Shown here one piece after another: positions 54,215 through 64,000 of a stretch of 64,000 nt of DNA. The translations under genes and the position numbers were made by a program. The notes under the pieces are model-generated. The model made no database searches, was not told where the DNA came from, and saw nothing but the letters and a program-made list of their open reading frames with translations. Within the stretch, counting starts at the first letter, position 1. Every line of letters starts with the position of its first letter. Origin of the DNA: Octopus vulgaris (lineage: Eukaryota); contig OX597817.1 of assembly GCA_951406725.2 (NCBI GenBank), positions 37,200,001 to 37,264,000 on the forward strand, written 5' to 3'.

Positions 54215-55600
54215 GAACTACATCACGCAACCAGTCACCATCACTACCACCATATACTTTTTGTGCGAATGTCGCTCGATTCCTACACAAAAATTCGGGA
54301 GATCTTTCCGAAGGACGTGAGAACCCCGAACGTGAGAACCAAATCGTGGCTCTTAAAGGGGTTCCCCCAAAAAGACCCTCCAATTATAGAAGTCGAACCA
54401 TCCGACATTCACAAGACACCGGGAGATATGTAAACCTTTCTCCTCTCTCTTTAGCTTGCCAACATAGCCATACTAAGAGTAGGATTTTTAAATGTTCGAG
54501 GCCTGGGTTCGCCCTGGAAACAAGAGCGCCTGCTCAATGACCTCAAGTCTCTAGAACTGGATATAACTTCTGTCAATGAGACCAGGATTTCCAATACACG
54601 AGCACTGGCCTCCATGTTCGACGACTATCAGATCTTTGCATCTGTTAGTCGACCGGGAATAGGAGGTCGAGTGTCAGCGGTGTTCAGGAAAGAACTGGAT
54701 CTCGAGGAAAAGTCTATTTTCAGAGACACGAACGGGAAGTTGGTAGTCCTGGGCGTGAGCAAGTGAAGGTAATGTCTTTAGACTCGTGGCCGCCTACGCT
54801 CCTACCGGAACCAAACGGGCGTATATCTTTAGGCGTATGGAAGCCTTTCTATATACGTCTCCCTCTTTACTGTTAGTAGGGGACTGGAAGGGAATCTTAA
54901 ATCAACACTGGGATTGTCTGTGAGTAGTTGATAGAAGAGGTGGAGTGCAAAAGCCCTAAGCGCTTGATCAGCCAGTTCCAAATGTCTGACAGGTACCGAC
55001 GAGATTTCCCTAATGCACCAGTGTGGACCTGGACAAACCGCTTAGGGTCATCTTGATCGTATATAGATCGGGTTTTCACCAGGAATATACATAATAATAG
55101 CGTAGGATGTCCACTTTTTAAAACGGTCACCTATTCAGACTATAAGTCTGTAATCTGTACGGTCGACCTAGATAAGGCTCGTAGGTTAGTACCCGGGTAC
55201 TGGGCGCTGAACATGTCGTTTCCGGCACGTAAAGCTTATCGGGACCGGGTCAGTAATTTAGTCAAGCAGAGGCTGGCAAATGGGGATCGTCAGCAATAGG
55301 TGGTGGGCGGCTCTCAAAAGAGAGATTAGGGTAATAACTATAGGGCTTAGCAAAGAAGTAGCGTTAGAAAAATAGAAAGGAGAAAGGGTTAATAGCTAAG
55401 CTAGACGAGGCTATTTTTAGTAATATTGCAGCCGACGTGCTAGCAGCGAGAATGGCATTAGACCAGTTCTTCAATGCGAAATATGAAGGTTGCATTGTCA
55501 GAGCTAAGGCGCCTGCTCTAAGCTACGAGGAGACCAAAAATGTTCGATGGGCCCGCATGGCGGAGGCGCAGCGTGTTAATAAAACCACAATTCTCCTCGA
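54215..55600 (+). mobile_element. Tx1/L1-clade LINE remnant (ORF1 end, APE endonuclease and linker), multiply disrupted
   Basis: From 54482: GFLNVRGLGS..LDITSVNETR..GKLVV..FRLVAAYAP..LLLVGDW..WTWTN..SYIDRVF..SDYKSV..PGYWALN, which are APE motifs typical of L1/Tx1. GC-richer than the flanks. Confidence 0.85.
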
Positions 55601-55771
55601 TGGCCAAAGTTAATGACCAGCTCTCGGAACGATATTTGGATATCTTGTGTATCTTCAACTGGTTCAGAAACTAATTTTGTCAATCTACTTCATCTGGGTT
55701 AATATAGAAAGGATTGATGTAAAACCTCCTGAAGATATAGAGTCAAAATTAAAAGAGTGCCATTGACTCTA

Positions 55772-55805
<34 letters not shown>

Positions 55806-56649
55806 CAAGCCAATAATCTACCAATATTCCATTGATTTTTTTATAATTATTATGCCTATTACAATTATTAACAATATGGTAGTCACTAACAGTTGTATAA
55901 AATTTTGCCAAATAATATTTTCCACGTTTCTTAAACACAATAAATTTATTTATTAAGTAGAATATTTAGTGAAATATTTTGTTAATTATTAATGTATTCC
56001 AACAATGTAATTAATAAAAGTCACTTGTTATATTAAAACAAAATCAATACGTGGAACTCTGGCTCAAAAAAATTTGCATGTAAAATAAAAGTATAGACGT
56101 ATTCTTTACAAATAATACACATATGTTCATTTAGTCTTTTAATTAACATATACTCAAATAGTTTTTACAAAATATGTATGTGTTTATGTGTGTGTGAGTA
56201 TGCGTGTATGTGTATATGTATAAATATATACATATACACACGTATGCATATACGCGTGTGCACACTCATATTCACACATATATTTTCAGTAATTTTATAC
56301 AGTTTAATTAAAAGGACGACGTAAACTACACTGGAAAAATTACTCACTTACGGAATGAAAACTAAACAAACTGAGTGAGACTACGAAGTTTCGATGACAA
56401 AAGAAAAACTATTATTATATACAACTATTAAAATCACAAGTAGTAGGTGTGAACATAAATTAAGGCAGTGTTTCAAGTCAAAAACCTACCTATTACAAAA
56501 CTTAAAAGACATTTTTAAAAAACTATAAAGGAAATGATATAAGATTATCATAAATGGTTAAATACGAAAGCGATTGGTATATTAGACATCTATAATGTAT
56601 ACCAGTATCTATATACACAAACATGTGCTTATATATATATATATATATC

Positions 56650-57530
56650 ACCTACTGCATCTCCTGCTCTCTCTGCTCTTCTCTATACATCAGGCAAACG
56701 GGACGCCGCTTGACTGACCGGTTCACGGAACACCTCCGACATATCCGACTTGTTAATGACACACCAGTCTCGCGCTATTTCCGCTCCACCGGTCACTCTT
56801 TGCAACACCCGTCTGTGTTCGGATTGTCCTTGCACAGTGGCCATTCGGACTCCCGTTTGCGCCGTGAACAGGTATTAATCTTCTCTTTTCGCTCTTTTGC
56901 GACACATGGGCTCAATTCTCTCCTCCTTCCCACTTCATCTAACCTCCTCTCCTCCCTTCTTCATCTAACTTACTCTCCTCCTCTCTCACTCCCACACCTA
57001 CTTCATCCCATCCACCTCTCCTCTCTTGCTCCGACTCATTTTTCTTCTCTTCACTCCTACTCTCCTCTCTTCTCTTCACTCTTACCCACCTTCTCCCTTG
57101 CCCCTTCATCGTCACCCCTCCCCATCCCTACAAAATCCAACCCTACTTTCCCTATCCATCCCATGCCACCCCACCCCTTACACACACTCCCACATACCCC
57201 ACCTCTAGCCCCACCTTCTGCCTACACCCATACCCAACCCTCGGCCTAATCCACATCCCACCTTGGTTTCCCCACTCTCGCTTCCCCCACCTCCCAACAT
57301 ACCACACCATCATACCACTACACCATACACCACCATGCCACACAACATCACATCACACCACCACGCACACAATAGCACTGACCACTTCCCAGTCACACAT
57401 CCACACACCTACACATACAAACACGCACACGTCAAGTTCACCAGCCCTTTTCCACACGCACATACATACTCTCTTATACACACGTATGCGCACCTTCGTT
57501 TTGGGATCACCACTATTTTATTATCTCCCC
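56650..57530 (+). mobile_element. Penelope-like element (Neptune-type) GIY-YIG 3' fragment with C-rich tail
   Basis: YCISCSLCSSLYIRQTGRRLTDRFTEHLRHIR..PVSRYF..GHS..RLRREQVLIFS..HGLN; inserted in (TA)n. Confidence 0.85.
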
Positions 57531-57599
57531 TTCTTCCTAGCTCTCCCATCTATATATATATATATATATAGATGTTAAGGGAACAATTATTAATTATTA

Positions 57600-57825
57600 T
57601 TTTTAAAGGAAAAATTATTAATTATTCTTTTTAAATATGTTTATTTATATTAAGAGCATTACTATACATAAATGCAAAACGCTACGAGGGACTCTTAAAG
57701 TCAAAAGTACATAATATGGTAGTTTTTACTTCAAGAGTCCCTCGTACCGTGAAGCATTTATGTATAGTAATGCCCTTAATATAACTAAATATGTTTAAAG
57801 GGAATAATTAATCATTTTTCCCTTA
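57600..57825. repeat. Foldback element, ~100-bp arms
   Basis: atattaagagcattactatacataaatgc..tacgagggactctt versus aagagtccctcgta..gcatttatgtatagtaatgcccttaatat. Confidence 0.88.
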
Positions 57826-57894
57826 TGAGGTTTTTCACACTGACCACTTTGATAAATTCTTAAAAGATTTTATCCTATTTTTAAATTGTATATA

Positions 57895-58295
57895 TGTTGT
57901 TGTTGGCATCCTTTTGTGTCGGGAGACAATGGAGTTGCGCATAAACTAATCCAGTCTGGTATTTACATTTCATGTCCTCTCCAGTTTTGCGCAGGCCTGG
58001 GCTAGATGTAAGAAAATCCTGGGTAGCCCAATCGTCAGGATTCCTCTTTCGACCTTGCTGACGTAGTCCAAAGGAGTGCAAAGCATTACGTTTGACACCA
58101 GCTTGTTTGCAGGAGCTGCCGGAAGAGTGTCGAGTCGAACACTAAACCGACTACGGGGCTCCACTCCGGATTTCTTTGAAGGTTATTTCGTTTCCGTAAC
58201 CCTGGATATGGGTCCATAACGGGTACTGTCAACCAGAGCCAGCTGAGCCCGGGACTCGTGTCAGACAGGGTCGTCATTCTCTGAAATAGTGAAGA
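57895..58295 (-). mobile_element. Short non-autonomous RTE-derived retroposon (5' UTR joined to 3' end)
   Basis: The minus strand ends ccattgtctcccgacacaaaaggatgccaacacaaca (RTE-like 3' end). Internal ggcagctcctgc..gctggt..tttggac..cagc..cccaggc..ctggagaggaca is recalled from RTE 5' UTRs. Confidence 0.55.
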
Positions 58296-58787
58296 AAATC
58301 GCTCCCCACTACGTATTGTGTATATATATATATATACATACATACATACATACACTCACACACGCATGTATATTTATGTATTTATATCATTCCCTCAATC
58401 TGTATATAAATGTAAATATAACAACTTATGTTAACAGTTATATATGCATTAACTAATATACAAAATATAAATATCTCTAAATATACGTATGTATACATAT
58501 AAACAGAAAAAATCTATAGGCAGGATATTAGTGAAAACCAAATTTATAGCAGTTTCGTCTGCATACACAAGTAGTAAAAAATATAGACATTTATTTCAAT
58601 ATATTGCTTATGGCCAAAGGTTATAAATTTGTACACAATGGTAAGTATGAAATGTGAGAGAAATAAAGATGTGAAGATAGGAAATAGAATATACAGAACT
58701 ACACAGAAACAGAATGAAATGTTGATATATTTGTCTATATATATATAAATATATGCGTGTGTGTATGTGTGTTTGTGTGTGTGTGAT

Positions 58788-59085
58788 GGGCGTGACCTAG
58801 TGGTCAGGGTGTTGCACTCACGATCGTTAGATCGTCGGTTCGATTTTTGGACCGACTTGTGTTATGTGTTCTTCAGCAAAACACATCATTTCATATTGTT
58901 CCAGTACACACAGGTGTAAAAGGGTAACTTTGCGACGGACTAGCTTTCCGATCATGGAGGATGTTTTGTTTGCTCGCCTGACCAGCAGAGTGACATCTTT
59001 TGAAATGTTAAATGATACACAGTGTTTTGTTACCAGCGATGTATAACAACATCTGATAGTCTGGTAAGTCATGTGATCGCATGAT
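58788..59085 (+). mobile_element. tRNA-derived SINE (family C-related or separate family)
   Basis: gggcgtgacctagtggtcagggtgttgcactc...ggttcgattt (A/B boxes); gttatgtgttcttcagcaaaacac. Confidence 0.65.
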
Positions 59086-59230
59086 ATATATAAACACAGT
59101 ACGTATATATATATATATATATATATATATAGCAAAAATAGAGATTCAGATGAATTAGTTACTTAAGTTGAGACACCAGAAATTCGTACGGTATTATTCA
59201 TAAAATTTCAAAATAAGGTCAGTAAAATCA

Positions 59231-59642
59231 AAATAAGCAACAAGGATATCCAGGGGTAATGCAGTACGATTGTTTCAAGCAACTCCGTTTAATTGAACAA
59301 TGCAATCATTACATCAATTTAAATGCAGAGCAATCCTCAGCTGCATAAAGACGTAGAATTAAATTAAATTAGATTAAAACAGATGGACACATTTGTATAA
59401 TTTTACCTAAAACCTCCAAGAAGGTAAGGAGATAGACAAAGAACATGCTATCTTCACTTCAACATAGTAGCTTCTAAGCGGAAGTGAAGACAGCATGTTC
59501 TTTGTTTATTTAATTCTATGCCTTTATGCAGCTGAGGATTGCTCTGCATTTAAATTGATGTAATGATAGCATTGTTCAATTAAATGGAGTTCCTTGAAAC
59601 GTTCGTGCTGCATTACCTCTGGATATCCTTGTTGCTTATTTT
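59231..59642. repeat. ~410-bp foldback with nested inner hairpin
   Basis: Outer arms ~135 bp (aaataagcaacaaggatatccag...cagagcaatcctcagctgcataaag versus ctttatgcagctgaggattgctctg...ctggatatccttgttgcttattt). Inner arms acaaagaacatgctatcttcacttc / gaagtgaagacagcatgttctttgt. Confidence 0.92.
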
Positions 59643-59724
59643 ATCCAAACATGAAAACACAACAACGCGAGGACGTGGAACAAGTATAGTGTTATTGGAC
59701 GCTCAGGAAAGGAAAGAAAGGGGG

Positions 59725-59765
59725 AGAATTTAACGTTTCCTACGGAGCTTTTCGTCAGATACATA
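59725..59765 (-). ncRNA. Degenerate minimal hammerhead motif (PLE-type terminus)
   Basis: Minus strand tgtat CTGACGA aaagctccgtag GAAA cg TTA; core boxes are intact but stems are poorly paired. Confidence 0.4.
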
Positions 59766-59827
59766 GATAAAGGAAAGATCCAATGAAGGGAAGACGGAGG
59801 AAAAAATCGCCAACGATCCACACGCGG

Positions 59828-59866
<39 letters not shown>

Positions 59867-60654
59867 TATATATATATAGAGTATATATATATATATATAT
59901 ATACATACGTGCTAACGTTTCTGCCAGCTCGCCTGGTTATATTGAAACAATGCTTGACACTCCGTGTCGTGCAACGTTTACTGTTGACATTTCTAGTTTG
60001 TGCAATGTTTATGTGATTTATGATGTTAGTTGTTGAATCAAGGATTGGCTGGCATACTTTTACATTATTTATAACTTACAGAAGATGACTGACTTATTTC
60101 ATAGGAGAAAAAACCTGTCTTGTTCTTCTGATGTTTCAAATATGTAAGATGAGACGTAGTCAGGTTTTTTTATCCATAATTAAATAACTGGAATTTTGGA
60201 AAGGTGCTTTTCCTTTGTAGTATTTTAATTTCATTGTCATCTGAAGACATATTCAGCCGTTGGCAGTATTTCTCTTTTCTTTATTCAATGTCGTATATCG
60301 AATTTGAGACGCCATAATTTTCTAGATTATGGTGATGGTCAATTCTTTCTTTTTCATCTTCATCTCTTTCCTGAGTTCTGAGTAATAGGTTTAAAATAGT
60401 TTCTTTATTTCATTTTAATAGAGGAATTTTGATTGGTTTTTACTGAAGGACTATTAGTTGATTCGATTCCTAAGTAGTAATTTATATGGGATAGTAATTA
60501 TGTCTCCATAATGTCGCTATCACCGTTGAGTTTCTTATATAGAAAACTCGTAGCATGCGGTCCGATAGTTTACAACACATGGGTGATAGACGTTATTCTG
60601 TGTTAAGATACCTTTTGTCGCTTTTGCTGTTGGTTTGTAGTCGTTGATTAACTC

Positions 60655-60860
60655 GTGGTCAGCCCTTACCGAGCAGACCTATGATCAAATTTTTTTAACG
60701 ATGACCATGCCATTCCTATTAGAGGTATAATACATCCATGAAAATATTATCCTTGATTTACTAGTCTCCTTCCATTTTTAAAAAAATTACGTTGTGATTT
60801 GAGTCAGATTTGGCTACTATTAATTGCAGATCGAGCAACCAAGTAGAGTTCTCAAGTTTT
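60655..60860 (+). mobile_element. Old dispersed repeat (family D)
   Basis: gagcagacctatgatcaaa..atgaccat..gtgatttgagtcagatttggctactatt..gcagatcgagcaacc; related pieces at 7190, 35285, 45835 and 63095. Confidence 0.5.
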
Positions 60861-61349
60861 GCTCTTCAGGATGATTTTTCTTCAGGCTCATATACCTTAA
60901 GTCTTTGAATGTATTCTTCCCCCGTCGTAGATTACGAAACTTTATTGATTTGAAATTTCTATAATTATTCTGTACTTAATCTCGAATACAGTTTATGTCT
61001 CGAAGAAGTTTTCGAATATTATTCGTTGTCTTTATTCCAAATGATATGATATATCAGTAACTTCTGTAAATTATCTAGTCGACTGAAGCCCTTCAGTGAT
61101 GTCTACTAGCATAAGATAAGTTTGAGAACAAAAATTTTTATAACTACTGATATGATTTCAATGACGGCATGACGTTAGCTGTCTTCGATAGAACAGAAAG
61201 TAGCAATTATATCTCAATGATTATTGATATGCGTCTAATAATACTAATAGATGAGACCGTATGGAGTTTGTATATTAGTATACTAATATGTATCAATATA
61301 AATGCAACGTTCTGTAAGCGTAGTATAAGCGAATGTTTACAGAGTTCTC

Positions 61350-61480
61350 TTCGCAGCCATGGGGGTTTGGGCTCGGTCCCACTGCGTGGCATCGTGGGCA
61401 AATCTCATTCTCTATAATCTCAAGTTGGTTCATACCTTGTGAGTGAAACTGGGTGGACAAAAACTGTATGGAAGTCTGTG
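61350..61480 (+). mobile_element. SINE family B, 5' fragment
   Basis: ggctcggtcccactgcgtggcatcgtgggcaaat..ttctctataat..ccttgtgagtgaa. Confidence 0.7.
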
Positions 61481-62409
61481 AAGGCGATTGAACCTGTAAT
61501 TGAAACGATAGAGCTTTGCAACATTTTGCCTTATGTTGTTACTCTCCGAGAATTACTTGAGGATACATGTGTCTGTCAAATTCAGGAGCAAGTAATTATG
61601 ACGATGAAAATGCAGAATCCCATCGCCAAACGACGAAGATCCACAATTAAGGCTTGTCTCGAAATATGCCATTCTAGACGAATCTTTAAAATGTCAGTCA
61701 ACACATTTTGCATATTAGTTTGACTCTAAAGCAAGTATTGAGTACTTTATTCACTAAATGTTTATCGTTATTCCTTATAATATAAAAATTTTACAACGCC
61801 GTTCATATATACACGTGTGTGTTAATAAATGCATTATACGATGTTAAGAAAGTTACAAATATCAAATAGACTTACGTGTTCTTAATAAGCTTACATTTAT
61901 GTTTCTTTGTCAAACTTAGGAACATCGTGGATAAATCACAGGTTGTTAGAAGAGAAAAAATTGATATGGTTTTTTTTTTCAGAGTTTGTTAACGCTTCAT
62001 CGATTACTCATTTTTCTGACAATCAATCTCGCTCTATTTCAACGATAACCATCTATGCGTAAATAATTAATTAATGCCATAATCCCCCACTTCCTCCCCA
62101 ACTTTCCAGTTTAAAGGTATTTTATCCCTACTTCTAGCACACAGTATCCAATCCGTTGGATCCTATTCTATTTCATTATATTTGCCATAAAGGCAGTACA
62201 TAGCGTATAGTAGTTTTGCGGGCTGGACAAGGACATTAATGAAACGAATGATAACGAAACAAGGATGATAAGAATGGGAGAAGACAAAAAGCGCCCGCCG
62301 ACTTTTGATTCTCTAAAACATTGTTCTTTAAAAACAAAGACAAAATGAGGTATTAAACGTTTTAGAGTTTTTTTACAATTTTTTGGACTGCATAGTCCTT
62401 TACAAATAA

Positions 62410-62805
62410 CTAGCAGTATCGCCCGGCGTTGCTCGGGTTTGTAAGGGAAATAACTATATAAGCATTTTTAGAGAGTTATAGCCAAAAAATAGCAAAAAAA
62501 TGCATTAAAAATGGAAAAAAAAATTATGGTAATTTTTTTTTAAATCGTTGACTCATCGTAGACATTTTTAGAGAGTTACTTCCCTTATATAATAGCGAAA
62601 AAAATGCATTAAAATGGAAAAAATGATGGTATTTTTTTTTAAATCGTAGACTCATCGTAGACGCGCGCTAATACCCAGACGGGCTCGATATGAATCATGA
62701 CTATAAGATACCCGGTTTTGGTTAAACTGCACCGCAAAATGTGGAAGTAGTTAGGAATCTAAATCGTAGGAGACAGACACACAACTTCTCTTTTATATAT
62801 AAAGA
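62410..62805 (-). mobile_element. Non-autonomous Helitron
   Basis: Minus strand A|TCTTTATATATAAAAGAG ... gcaacgccgggcgatactgCTAG|T; its 3' ~130 bp are nearly identical to 42937-43060. Confidence 0.87.
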
Positions 62806-63366
62806 TTACATAGTTCACAAAACTCAATCTTCCTCCTCCCCAACCAGGCTGTGCGCTACCCTTAGGCACTATTTATCACATCGTTGTTGTTTAACTCGGT
62901 GGCATTCAACTCACATGCTTCCAAACATTAGTATTACCATATTTTTTGTCTCCTTCAACGCTCTATTAATAACAATGGTGTTGGACAAATTTAATAGTTT
63001 ATAACCGTTTTAAATTTATTAGACTATGTAATTTATTTGCCCCATTTTCATTCCTCACAACGCACTCAATGAAAAATATTAAGCCCAAATCATTCCTGGT
63101 CGAACAGATCTAGTTTTAAAAGTATTCCAGGATGGGTATCTTATACATATATATATATATATCATAATTATTTGGGGGAATATTAATATTAATTTGAGGG
63201 AATATAATTCTACCAATTATATACGTTTTTATTATTTATTTGCAATTTACTTAATCATCGGTATTTTATTGTTATTTTAATTTTAATATTTTTATTATAT
63301 GTAATTTTCTAGATGGTGTAATTTAATTGTTCATTTTGAATTGATAAAAGGTGGTTTTTTTTCTTA

Positions 63367-63549
<183 letters not shown>

Positions 63550-63839
63550 GTATGTATGTATGTATGTATATATGTATGTATATGCATATGTATATATATA
63601 TATCTAAGGATATAGTCTCGTTTAGTTTTGTAAGACAGAAAAATGTGCTTTAAGGGATATATGGTGATATTTCTAGCATTGTATTAACGATAGGAACTGT
63701 ATAAACTATATGGTTGATATAACCCAACGTATAGATTACATTTTATGTAAATGTATGTTATAGTTACATACTTCACATAGACACAAACATATATAGATAT
63801 ATACAATATATACATACATACATACTATCCATACGTATA

Positions 63840-63881
<42 letters not shown>

Positions 63882-64000
63882 TTGCTTTTCTTGGTCATAT
63901 ACTAGCAGACGGTACCTATAACGAGATATGTTTCTTATTTCATAATTGAACAGTATTGTGCTAAGTTAAAACTGAATCGATATATCAGTCAGTGTGAAGC

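Noticed and set aside
60060-60550. Possible very decayed LINE RT fragment on the minus strand (YYLGI-like)
   Set aside because: Too degenerate to support without an alignment.

Overview
AT-rich, microsatellite-saturated animal non-coding DNA (intron or intergenic). The SINE families and (TA)n/(CA)n density are typical of an octopod cephalopod (Octopus-like); this is recognition from memory, not a database result. No intact host protein-coding gene is supported, and nearly all ORFs in the track are microsatellite read-throughs. The window is a transposon graveyard: three or more tRNA-derived SINE families, one occurring as monomer, dimer and trimer; a Naiad-type Penelope-like element (PLE) arranged as a ~2.6-kb inverted structure with degenerate hammerhead ribozymes; and a Neptune-type PLE GIY-YIG fragment. 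It also holds Dong/R4, Tx1/L1 and RTE LINE remnants, mariner, maT (DD37D) and Tc1 remnants, a hAT MITE and three non-autonomous Helitrons. The most unusual observations are: (i) a U6 snRNA retrocopy fused directly to the SINE/LINE 3' tail; (ii) PLE hammerheads with a long structured insert in stem II; (iii) many mostly unrelated 70-400 bp foldback elements sitting in microsatellites; (iv) a ~190-bp unclassified element found twice, each time inside trinucleotide repeats; and (v) an exact 23-bp direct repeat 2.8 kb apart. I cannot claim a confirmed new system; these are leads.
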